A stretch of DNA of 64,000 bases from Balanoglossus misakiensis (Eukaryota; Animalia; Hemichordata): positions 10,770,537 through 10,834,536 of the forward strand of contig CM082577.2 in the NCBI GenBank assembly GCA_040954595.2, written 5' to 3'. The notes under the pieces are model-generated. The model was given only the letters and a program-made list of their open reading frames with translations. It was not told the origin of the DNA and did no database searches. Shown here in pieces: positions 13,201 through 23,723 of this stretch. Positions within the stretch are counted from its first letter, which is position 1. Each line of letters opens with the position of its first letter. Position numbers and translations under genes: made by a program.

Positions 13201-15947
13201 GATTATGGCTGACTTCGCAGCGACACGCCGCACAATAGCCAGTGCCATTCCATTGTCAGGCAACAACAATAGGCAGCACAATACATATAAAGAAGGATGC
13301 GCTGTGCTAGGAAACTGTAACCGTCAAAAGCGTGGCTGACAATGGTTGCCATGGTGAGTTGATTGATATATTATTGGAATGGCCGACGCTAGGTTAATCT
13401 GTATGTGATGTCTGAACCAATGAAGATGTGCATGACTAGTCCTACAGAAATTAAGACTTACAAGGATAGCTGTATTTAGTTGAACGCAAAGTCCTTTTCT
13501 TTTCCTTCATATCACTCATCACTACTGTGATCTTGAAAGTTGTAGCATATTAATTTTCAATACAACTTCTTGCACTATTTTTTTTTACACATACCGGTAG
13601 TACCCACTGCTGTAAATTCATGTTGAAATTTATATTGAACAAAAAAGACTACATTTATGATACTGCAACTATAAGTTTTGTCGAATCAGTTTATTAAACT
13701 CGGATTTCTTTGCGCCCAGGAACCAAAATATGCTACTGAGTTTATTAAAAAAAGATACCAGTGGATGAATATTTGGTTTTAACTACTTTTAGTACTACCA
13801 TAGGCCAAAAACCTTGTCTAAACCTTGTCTAATCTGGAAATATGTCGATACATGTACCGAACACTTTACAGTCTCCTTCGCATAAAACCTTAATGTTAAA
13901 GAACCTCTATAAACCAGACACCTCTGCAAACCGAACACTATGCTCAGTCTCTTTGAGGTCTGGTTTAGACAGGTTTTGCTGTACTTTCAATATTGCTGTC
14001 TTCTTCACACTTTCTAGAACTTATATTTCTTTTCTTTTTCATGGGAGCTCTGGAGTGGTATTCACTACTGCACCAATACAGAGTAACTGCCTTAATACAC
14101 TGCCTTCCTACTTCATATATCTGAAATATCATTCGCCTGTTGCCATAACCTGGTACATGTATTGTTATATACCGCATAAAATTTACAGGTTGGTAAAGTG
14201 CGCCCTCTATGTCTAAAGTACAAATACTTTTGTCACGTCAAGTGTCACCTCAAAGATGCAATTGACTGTAAAAGTAATCCTGTAACTACTTATTTCATTT
14301 TCTATATTCTGCACAGTATAGCTGTGGAAGCACTGGCTTGTATGTATATACAATGAGGGTGGTCTCTTTACGTGAAATCCAACTTCATCTTGGTCACTGT
14401 CAAGATTAAAAAAAAGCTAGCAGTCGACCATCCCCTGAACTGTTGATGACCATGCAACTTGGATCACACCCTAAAACAGAAACACTTCAGGCATAAATTG
14501 TAATATTTAAACGACTCGTGCCGGCATAAATTTTGATGTTATTCTCATACTTATAAACTGCTGGTACAGATAAAATCACTGTATTCTTTTTTGGAGAATA
14601 ACTCCTATTTTATAATGATCTACTGGGTGAATGTTTGATATCGAAGTGAAGTTGCACAGACTGCTTGTTGAGCCAAAAATGCACAAATTGAAATATCTTG
14701 GTTGTAGAAAATGCTAATGAACAAGTACTACATTTATCAGAATTTGGCCCATATTGGTTGCTGTTATTTTTTTTGCACAGGACACTGAGACAGATTGCCA
14801 TGAGCTTAAAATTGTATTATTTGTAGTCACAATAATGTAATTGTTTTGAAAGTAAAAGTTGCATGCTAGCTGTGTCGACATATACACTTCAAAACAAATG
14901 GGGGGTGTGGTGCCCTACAGCTTTACTCAGCAGTCACTGCAAGATGAATTCAGGTGCCACAGCAAAGTGACTGCCCTCAATGTAAGCTTTGCTTTGACAG
15001 CTAGGTTACAGTATACATGTATGTGTATGATCTACACATGTAATGATGTAAACTGGTGCTACATCAATGCCGCTACTCTGTATGCACGCACCTTTTATTA
15101 CATGTACATGTAACTCTTAGCCATGCGTACAGGTCCGTGTGTTCCCGACATTACACAGCCTCCACCGCAGCCCTGTAAGGGTCAATTGAAAAAAAAACTG
15201 GTGCGTCTGTGATCTGGTAACGCCGGGAACACACAGACCTGTTCACAGGGCTAATGTAACTCTATACTGTATGTGAATCGTGATATTGCCTGCAAACACA
15301 ATGTACTACTATCATACTACAAATGGTGATGATTGATGCGATTGACTTGTAGGGATGGGGTACATGTGTACATGGGTTTCAACACAGGACAGTTTAACAA
15401 GGTCGATACACGATTATTATCACTGTATGATTGCATTAATAATTATATTATTTGTACATATATAGCCATATGTGAACCTTCAGCCTAGGTGGGAGAATAC
15501 TGCACACTCATTTTGTACATTTGTACCACTGTGTGTGTGGTACAAAATTAACTACATGTACGTTGCAATATTTATTATCACTGTACCTAGCTCTGCGTGT
15601 TTATAAGTATCTGTAAGGTCACTGTTGACTGTCCACGTTGAGTGACATGACCGTGGAGTCAACGCATTTATTGGAACGTTACCGTATTTGGCACTCTATC
15701 ACTGTATATCATATTAATGTGTACACTGCATTGCAAATGAGTCTCCCGATAAATCGTGTTTACAAATATCAGCACACGTGATTTAGTGTGAGGTGACTAT
15801 TTCGCACCTTGGTACATTTTATAAACAGGCGAAACAATAGAACGAGAATGTATGACATACCTTGTTAAGGGCCCTGTTTCTGTCCTCGATTACTTCGAGG
15901 AGATTCAGGCGGGCGGATTCAAACATAGAATCTTCCTTGAAGTCCAT
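1258..15947 (-). CDS. TEX47: TEX47/C7orf62 (DYBLUF-like) BLUF-fold protein, multi-exon, 3' end beyond window start
   Basis: Hand-spliced minus-strand exons 15947-15861, 6239-6167, 5745-5642, 3531-3328, 2733-2674, 2120-2057, 1353-1258. All introns are GT-AG with matching phases (229 codons +1 nt): MDFKEDSMFESARLNLLEVIEDRNRALNK/KALLHRLVYIAKL...GEGVTGMLLVYPSYYVHLVE/SSQEVLMALIRDL...RLFNQW.../VSESLTQLLKLG.../...DKVPELLIPQ/DLIGYLL...YDRPFDVVLDN. The LxY, GVTGxLL and xxHxxE pattern is BLUF-like; family assignment is by recognition, not a database search. Confidence 0.8.
1705..1862. repeat. Palindromic MITE with tandemly duplicated right arm
   Basis: ATTAAAATCAGATGTAGGGAACGGCGACTTG is mirrored twice by CAAGTCGCCGTTCCCTACATCTGATTTTAAT. 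A related end is at ~20986-21062. Confidence 0.75.
2900..3195 (+). repeat. Dispersed repeat also present at ~37660-37950
   Basis: Shared CACA..TTTT.GGAAAGGTGTGG...ATGTCACATT.ATAAA...CAAATAG.GAA.GTATTATTTTCGGACTGTGGA.TTC.GAAA.T.GTTCGGA. Confidence 0.7.
4322..4440 (+). mobile_element. Truncated end of the same TIR family as 33971-35446
   Basis: ttaa|AGGGACAAAGTCTCTCTCTCGCTGCCC...TTATGTTTGATAC...TACATGTGTATATGTAGT matches 33971-34080. Confidence 0.8.
7051..7064. promoter_or_regulatory. RFX X-box consensus match in intron 1 of the TEX47-like gene
   Basis: GTTGCTATGGTAAC. Function is inferred only. Confidence 0.45.
10324..10494. mobile_element. MITE family with AGTGTGCCCTCTA...TAGAGGGCACACT ends
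   Basis: Related copies at 21806-21976 and (partial, reverse) ~5800-5880 share ACTGACTCAACAA...TGACTCAAGAAAATTATCCACACTACATGC. Confidence 0.7.
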
Positions 15948-16433
15948 CTTGAAGCTTGCAAAGTTGTTTCTAGGGTAGGATAGCGCCCTTCCTTGACGAC
16001 CACTGCGCAAGCGCAATATCAAATCTCGTTCAAAGACCACCACATAACATATTCCCGTCAAATTATTGTATCTTCAGAGCGATTTATATTTATTTTATTT
16101 TATTTAGATTTGAACTCCTGTAAAGGGTGTTTCGATAATTCTAATATTTTATGTAATTTGCTTGACCTCATAGATCTCGCGGAATCTCGTTTGCAATATC
16201 AAATATGGCCGCCACGACAGTGAAATGAACGAAGACTCAGGGACTCGCGTCCGTGTTTCTCTCCCGAGAAATCAGTAGAATACCAGTACTACCGTATTAG
16301 ACGCTCCAGTTGATGATCCAGTAGGTGGAGTATCTAGGACCATACCACGAAGATATACTAGTACTGGCCTTGTTGACGTAAGTGGGCAACGTATGTGATC
16401 GTAATTATTGTCAACAAGTGTACATGAACTGAC
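15948..16433. promoter_or_regulatory. Probable bidirectional promoter region between TEX47-like and GPANK1
   Basis: Divergent start codons are 486 bp apart. The interval has a YY1-like AAATATGGCCGCC at 16201-16213 and a weak X-box-like GTTTCTAGGGTAGG at 15966-15979. Confidence 0.6.
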
Positions 16434-17492
16434 ATGGCGTCTCGCATTGGCAATCTCATGGACTACAACATCAGACCAGTACAGTTTCTTCGCGCACGTG
16501 ACAAAGAACTGGCTGTTAAAGAAAAAGCCGTGAATGGCAACCCTGCGCCGACTAGACTACTGAGTGGTGACGATGCAAAGTCGTTCTATGACAGTTTGAT
16601 TTCTGAGCCATCAACGGCAGCATCGGCTGATATTGATCACAGGGCGCAGGTGAAAGTGCAGCCCTATACCGCCAAGGAACAAAGTCAACGAACTGAACGT
16701 GGCTTGGTGAGGTGTCGCCACAGTGAAAGACTTGTGAATGCATTCCTCGGGCACTCGCAAAATGGAGACCTGGACGAACTGAAAAAGTGTTTAGAGAAAG
16801 GATGTTATATCGATGCACGCGACAGATTTTCGTGGACAGCGCTAATGTGCGCCTCACACAGCGGACAGACTGGAGTAGTCCATTACCTGCTGCAAAATGG
16901 TGCTGATAGGACTTTGACTAACTCACAGGGACAGAGTGCTGCAAATTTAGCTGAAATTGCAGGACATCAAAATATCGTTCATCTGTTGAAGTTCTTTGAC
17001 AGGGAGGAAATGATGAGAGAGGAGGAGTCACCGTGCCAAAGTGTTGACGGACAAGGAAAGCAATTCTGGTGCGAAGTCTGCAAGAACAAATTCCCAGAAG
17101 TCAACTGGGCAGAGCACACGCACTCAACAGTGCACCTGTTCAATTCGAAGCACAAAATACTGCCAACTCAGTACTTTATACCGGAAAACAATGTGGGATT
17201 TCAGATGATGATCAAAAAGGGCTGGGACAGAGACCAGGGATTGGGTCCGGAAGGATCGGGGCATAAGTATCCGGTCAAAACTGTACTGAAGAGAGACCGT
17301 CAAGGCCTCGGGTCTGATGGAAACAAGAAAGCCAGGATTACTCATTTTAAACCCAATGACACTGATGCAGTTAGGAAACCAAAACTGGAGAAACAAATGA
17401 GACTTGCAACAATCAATCGAAAAGCCAGAGAAAGACAAGACAAGAAAGCCAAGAATTGGGAAAGAAATATGAGGATATATTTCAATTCATGA
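16434..17492 (+). CDS. GPANK1: G-patch domain and ankyrin repeat-containing protein 1 (BAT4), single coding exon, 352 aa
   Basis: Open ORF with AKSFYDSL motif, ankyrin repeats (DARDRFSWTALMCASHSGQTGVVHYLLQNGAD), Zn-finger-like WCEVC...HTHSTVH, G-patch (NVGFQMMIKKGWDRDQGLGPEGSG...KRDRQGLG) and C-terminal RITHF...WERNMRIYF. This is the GPANK1 domain order. Confidence 0.93.
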   Translation: MASRIGNLMDYNIRPVQFLRARDKELAVKEKAVNGNPAPTRLLSGDDAKSFYDSLISEPSTAASADIDHRAQVKVQPYTAKEQSQRTERGLVRCRHSERLVNAFLGHSQNGDLDELKKCLEKGCYIDARDRFSWTALMCASHSGQTGVVHYLLQNGADRTLTNSQGQSAANLAEIAGHQNIVHLLKFFDREEMMREEESPCQSVDGQGKQFWCEVCKNKFPEVNWAEHTHSTVHLFNSKHKILPTQYFIPENNVGFQMMIKKGWDRDQGLGPEGSGHKYPVKTVLKRDRQGLGSDGNKKARITHFKPNDTDAVRKPKLEKQMRLATINRKARERQDKKAKNWERNMRIYFNS

Positions 17493-17502
17493 TATTGTTT
17501 AA

Positions 17503-17711
17503 CCCTTTCACCCCCCAGTTTCCTCTACAGGTCCAACTTTACCATAGTAAACTGGATTTCGGCCTACCATAGATCACTTCGCAGGTAGAAAAACGCAGGG
17601 GTTTGTGGGAGTTTGCATTCTGATCCGATTGGTAACTTAGCCACGTACAAGCCACCATTGTTGAACGCAAACTATACCCTATCTGCAAAGTGGTCTATGG
17701 TGGTGAAAGGG
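17503..17711. mobile_element. piggyBac-like MITE (TTAA/CCC termini) carrying a nested small inverted-repeat element
   Basis: ttaa|CCCTTTCACC...GGTGAAAGGG|ttaa. A shorter copy without the insert is at 8811-8894; the insert ~17568-17700 has CATAGATCAC...GTGGTCTATG ends. Confidence 0.75.
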
Positions 17712-18958
17712 TTAAGCACTTTTTATGTCAAAAATTAAAATATGAAATTTTCATTAAAGAGTATAATTTTGGACTATAAATTAAGTCTTTTTGTGTGACT
17801 ATTCATTGAGCAAAGGCATACAGTGATACACCAATGCTGTGTTGAGGGTGGATACTAAATAAATGACACATACACAGAATACTTGCATTTAGAGTATGTA
17901 TTAACGCAACAACAAAAATGATGGCAAGTAAATTATTATGAAAAGACATGGCTTATTGCATTGGAATGTGACAAGACTTAAGTTTCTCTTCATGGTGTGT
18001 GCATTATATGCACTCAACTGTTGTCATTCAGTATCAAAACATTTTTGCTGACAAATTAAATCTGCCTTTATTTTATCAATATCAAAAAATTAAGATTTCT
18101 AAAATGTACCCCCGGTAATTGGGTGCTCTGCCATAGAAATCAGCATTTTTCGTAATATAACAAAAACAGTCATTTCTGAATGTTAACTTCCCATGTAATG
18201 TTTTGATAAACCAAAGGTGCGCATCAAATTTTGGTGATATATGTCCAATGGTGGAAAAGCCAGCATTTTGGCCCATTACACCCCCCCCCCCCACAAAAAG
18301 CTCTTTAATAAAGCTACACTCCACATGATCTGCAGAGATAACAGAGCTATGCTCAAATGGAGGGACATGCAATGCTTACATGAGATGATAAGCTCCGCAA
18401 GTGCATTCCTTTACACAACTGAAATACTACCAGTAGTATTTTACATTACATGTAATATCAAAAATTAGACATTTTTATGTCTCTATCATAAAAAGTATTG
18501 ATTTTACCTCATATCAACACGCTTCAATACTTGCCAAGTGCCCCAACACTTTAATTTAGAAAGAATAAGTCCATCACACAAGACATTTTTTGTCCCCCTA
18601 TCATAAAGTCCTGATTTAACCTTCATAAGAACAACCATACTTGACTTAAATGTTATCAGTAACATTTTACCAACACTCTTTCCAATCCTTGCCAAGTGTC
18701 CCAACACTTTAGAAAGAATGCGTAAATCTTAGAATGCTTTGTAAAAATGAAACTTCACTTTACTGATATTGCAAATGGTAATTAACCTCAATGTCTCTCT
18801 GGTGTAGATTGATTTGAGGGTGAACTTTCAAATTGATGTCCTTAAAAAAAATGATGCCCTGCAGCACTGGGTAAACCACAATGTTACAGGTTTAATTGCC
18901 AAACAAACAGCGACTGTAACACTGACGCCATAATCCCCACGCGACTGTGTCAGCCATT

Positions 18959-21900
18959 TTATTTCCTCTTCTTCTGCACTTCACTGTGACCAACAAAAGT
19001 TTCCATGCTACGAAGGGAACCAGTGACCTCCATTACAACTTTCCACGCTGGCTGGGGCAGAATACTGAAAGTGAATAAAAGAGCAGAGAAAAACGAAGTC
19101 ATCACCAGCTCACGACAAATCAGCACATAAAAGTAATATTTGAAGGGTTGACTTTTTTTGCTAGTGTGAAGGAAGCTTGGGAAATACAATTTTTGCCAAA
19201 CTGTTCTTCCCAACAATCTACTCTTAGTTTCTAGAATAATTATCTTCAAATGTTGTCAAGGGTATTTGTGGCTCTTGATACTTGTGTGTGTGTGCTGAGA
19301 GTAAAATGTGTGTGCCTGCCTTTTTTTGTGATATTATTCCCAACATATTTTGGACAGATATCACATTATCTTTCTATACCTCATGTTGTTACAGTTACTT
19401 CTAATTCTACTTTCAGTACTTCATGCATTTGCAACGCACTCACCTTTTCAAGAGCATGGTTAAATACATAATGCGTGGCAACATCAAGAACTGCTGTTTC
19501 TTTCTCACAGCGTTCACTGTTTTCTGCGCTACATACTCTGCTGTCAGGGTTGGGAGCAGCCAATTAAACCTGCAACATGATACCAATAGCAATTACTTTA
19601 CTTTCAATGCATGCAGTGGTACCAATCAGCAAGGCAGGTCTGTTGTACAGGAAATTTCCTGTCGTGAAAATAACATGTTTTACAGTATTTTGCTGCAAGT
19701 TTGTATGAACAGATACGTCAGCCTCATGTTCTGACTACATGTATGTACTGTGTGAAATGGGAAATTTTCCGAACAATTAATTTTTCGCGAACTACGCAAG
19801 AGCCCCCCCCCCCCCCAAAAAAAAAACGCAAACTAAAATCGGTGATAACAATGCAGTGAAATACGAGAATGCGAAATTTAATCGTCCTGTAACAGTTGCT
19901 GATTTTGATAGCACGAAATTTTCCTGTCGCAAAAATTTCCCGGTTTACAGAACCTCTGTATCGCTGCTAACTCTATATGACTGATAATGACTGGCAGAGT
20001 AGTAAATGGACATTTAGCTTGTGTCAGGCCAAGTAGTGTCATGTTGGCATCTACTGTAAAACACTTTATTTTCGCGAGGAATAAATTTTCGCAAAATACA
20101 CGAGAGCCAAAATAGCGTGAAAATAAAAAGTGACATAATTTTTTTTGAAGATAACGATGCAGTGAATGAAATAAGAGAATGCGAAAATTAATACTCGCGA
20201 AACAGTGTCTTCTCTCGATATCGTGAAAATTTCAACTCGCGAAAATAAAGTGTTTTACAGTATTTCTGCTGAATGGTGTACACACTGTCACGAGTAATCA
20301 CACCAGTAAGAAAAGCTTGTCCCAGCAGTGTCAGAATGGATGCCTTTGGTTTATGTGTGTGTCTGTGTGCTCAAAAATTACCTTGTTGAAATTCCATCAA
20401 ACATGCCAGTTTGGACAACGTAAGGAAGGACCACTGTGTTGTATATTGCATTCCGATTCATGGACTGAATTTCTTGCGCCAGTGATTCAGCAAATCCCAC
20501 ATTGGCAGCCTACAATGACAAAACAGATACAAACAGAACAGAAATGACAGATATAGTTCAAATGCAGATACTTCACAAAACCGTAGTTTTTATTACAGAG
20601 AGATTAAAATCTGCCTGTTGTGAAATGACAGAGTGATGTCCTAATCAGATTTTCCTAGAGATAATACTGTAAAACACTTTATTTTCGCGAGCAATAAATT
20701 TTCGCGAAATACGCGAGAGCCAAGATAGCATGAAAATAAAAAGTCGTCTGATAACAATGCAGTGAATGAAATAAGAGAACGCAAAAATTAATACTCGCGA
20801 AACAGTGGCCTCTCTCGATATCGCGAAAATTTCAACTCGCGAAAATAAAGTGTATTACAGTACTCTGTAGATACACGTATCTGTTTCTATAGGGGAGGTT
20901 TGTCTGAACCGCCATCTTGGAAACACGGTGCGTTATGGGATAGAACTGGAGGGGCACTTGCGGAAGACGCTACTTGTGCTATACACCAATCTGATTAAAA
21001 TCAGATGTAGGGTATGGCGACGTCTTTTACTTATGCAGTACGGTATTCTTATGCTGTCGCCCCACACCACTCAGGGAAATAACTTTTGTAGTGCACAGAT
21101 CGTGGGCAGAGATCATGGAGTTTCTGTCATATTTGATGAAGACATGAACTGACCTTTGTTGCCGAATAGATGCCAGCACCCGGAATAGCCTGTATTGCCA
21201 GCAAGGAACTCATTGTCACTATGTGGCCATGGTTGTCATCCATCATTGAAGGCAGAAATGCTTTTGTTGTCTGCAAAAACAAAATAGCTATGGGAAAGCA
21301 TTCGCAAATGTAACGGCTGCAAAATGTGTGTTGTACAGAAAACTCATTGACAAGGCTTTCTTTAAATTGGCAAACTCTTGTCAAAATCAGAGTCAGAGCA
21401 TATGCAATAAGATGCATGTAGGCATATGCTGGACTAGTCTCTGTTACCCAGACCCCTCTGCTTCTTCCACTGCGCTCGAGAAAAGAGTCTGGGGAAATAC
21501 TATTGAACGGTTTGTAAAACAAAATGGCCGATGACAGGATTTCGATCATCCGCTGATTGGCTGATCTGTCAGTGTCAGTATGACCTGGGTCACTGACTCT
21601 CGACTATACTAAAATGGCGATGCAACTTGCAGTAAGTGGCTCTTGGCAATGTTTGAGTTGTTGTCTTGTCACATCAAGAGACCAGTACTTGCTGCATGGT
21701 TGATGTGTAAATTTTAGTCAAAAAGTGTAAAGTTTGTGTTACTGGGGAGTTGGGTCTTTTTCCAGACAGCATAAGTAAAATTGGAATCTCTGTTCAAGTC
21801 AGGGACAGTGTGCCCCCTACTATAAGTCCATAAGAGGTGCAACTGACTCAACAACCTCACTAGTGACTCAAGAAAATTATCCACACTACATGCAAAGGTA

Positions 21901-23089
21901 CATGGCTATCTAGAAATCCTAAAGTTGACTCAAACAGTCAAAGGTCTGAAAATTATGTCTGTTTGAGGGCACACTGGTCATGTATCACAGGAAGGAAGGA
22001 AAGAAGGAAGGAAGGAAAGAAGGAAAGTGGTGTGGCTTACCCAAATAGAACCAAACATATTAGTTTGAACTGTCTTGATGATGTCATCATCACTGCTATC
22101 AAGCAATGTTTTGTTGTTAGCCACAATCCCGGCATTGTTTACTGTGAATTGTACAGAAAGATTGGCTTAACTACTCATTGAGAATTGTATAAGTTCACTT
22201 TTAATGTAAACACACCAAGTTATGAAATTGCGCATATTTCATGAAACAATAATTCCGTTTTTTAGCTTTGCTTTGTCAAAAAAATATTTCCATACATCAG
22301 AAGAGTTTCTCTTACCCAATATTGTGACATTGCCAACTTCTTTCTGAACTTTTCTGGCCTGTTCATAAACTTCATCTTGTTTACACAAATCACAAACATA
22401 CAGGAAACATTGTGTTCCATAGGGAGCTACTTCATTGGCTACAGCTAGCATGGGCTCTGCTGTCCTCCCCCACAGAACAATCTGGGAAAAATAACATAAT
22501 GTACACTTGGTGAGGGAGTCTGTCTTCATGTTTACCCATATCCAGAGAGTGAGATGAGCCATAACAACATCTTTCACTGAGCACAGCAACATGAATACTA
22601 GTAAATTTACCAAAAGAAAGTAACAAAATTAAAACATGGCAAAAATAAGCAACTTTTTAAATATAAAAAAAAGGCGTCAACAGCTCATCCCAAGGTCAAA
22701 GGTCAAATCTTCGATAGCGCATTAAAATCAAGACACGTTGTCATAGTTGGTTTTCAGTTGTTTACTGTTTTGGCTGGCAACTTGTGCTACATTGCTGAAG
22801 GAGTCAGTGTGCAGTGGTCTATTGACCACAACAGAACCTGTCAATGAATAAACTTGTTTGTTTGTACTGTACAACTACTCACCTTTTTGGAGCCCTGTTT
22901 TGCAAATTCGATAGCGAGTGCGCGGCCGATGCCCCGTCCCCCGCCCGTTATCAACACAATTTCCTCACTCAAGTCCTGCAGTCTTGTCGGTATAATCCAT
23001 AAAACAGCGGATCTTATCAAGTAGAACAAAATTTGGAAAAACACAACGAAGCCTTCCAGGACCATCGACAACCCCCAGGACTCCGCCAT
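18959..23089 (-). CDS. DHRS3: Short-chain dehydrogenase/reductase, DHRS3 (retSDR1/SDR16C)-like, 7 exons, 316 aa
   Basis: Exons 23089-22883, 22481-22316, 22141-22041, 21270-21154, 20509-20382, 19569-19444, 19064-18959 (951 nt, phases consistent). Hydrophobic N-terminus, LITGGGRGIGR, KKIVLWGRT (DHRS3-typical), VNNAG, catalytic S...YSATK, TGMF. Confidence 0.85.
20054..20260. mobile_element. TA-target MITE (Tc1/mariner-type)
   Basis: ta|CTGTAAAACACTTTATTTTCGCGAG ... CTCGCGAAAATAAAGTGTTTTACAG|ta. Confidence 0.85.
20667..20860. mobile_element. Second copy of the TA-target MITE
   Basis: Same TIRs and interior as 20054-20260. A more diverged relative lies at ~19748-19950. Confidence 0.85.
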
Positions 23090-23723
23090 GATTAGAACCG
23101 GAACTGCGTTGGACCGTTCCACTTTTGACTGTAGCTGGGTGCAGTATCGAAATGGAGGGTGTATGAAAACATAGCATGAAGCGTTTACACGTTTCGGAAC
23201 TGGCTATACTGGTATATGGATATTTTGCCTCTCAAAGCCTATTTTTTGTAGAAAAGGAGTATTGTGTTCTTAGAAGTAAATTTAAATTATTTGAATAAAT
23301 AAATTATTTTTTTCCCTTAAAGTAAATTTGATTATGGAACACACATTTTCTGTGAGCAGCAAATTGAAAATACATTGAATAAAACTATTGTAATGGAGCA
23401 AAATTAATTTTTGAGGAAAACCTTTGAATTGCACTTTCTTACATTTCAGTATCATTCATATTTTCAATGTAAAACAGTAGACAGTAGCAGTCGAAAGTAA
23501 AATTCTGTAAAAAATACGAGAAAGCATAACACTTACGATTATGGAGGGCGCAATTAGTTTCAATGGTAAAATTCTTATCATGTGAGGGCGCAATTGTCTA
23601 TTTGCAAACTGTTTCTTGCGGAAGAGTGAACATTTTTTTCGAAAGTTAAAGTATCCCATCATGCCCAGATCTACTGCTACTATTTCAGCATTAATATTTT
23701 AATGATAACATACTTCACGCTCC

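Noticed and set aside
16552-17438. Antisense and alternate-frame ORFs over GPANK1 (likewise over the receptor)
   Set aside because: Shadow ORFs of real coding sequence with no recognisable motifs.
1258-23089. BLUF-like gene near a retinoid reductase as a light-sensing gene cluster
   Set aside because: Flavin and retinoid pathways are unrelated, GPANK1 lies between them, and nothing in the sequence indicates co-regulation.
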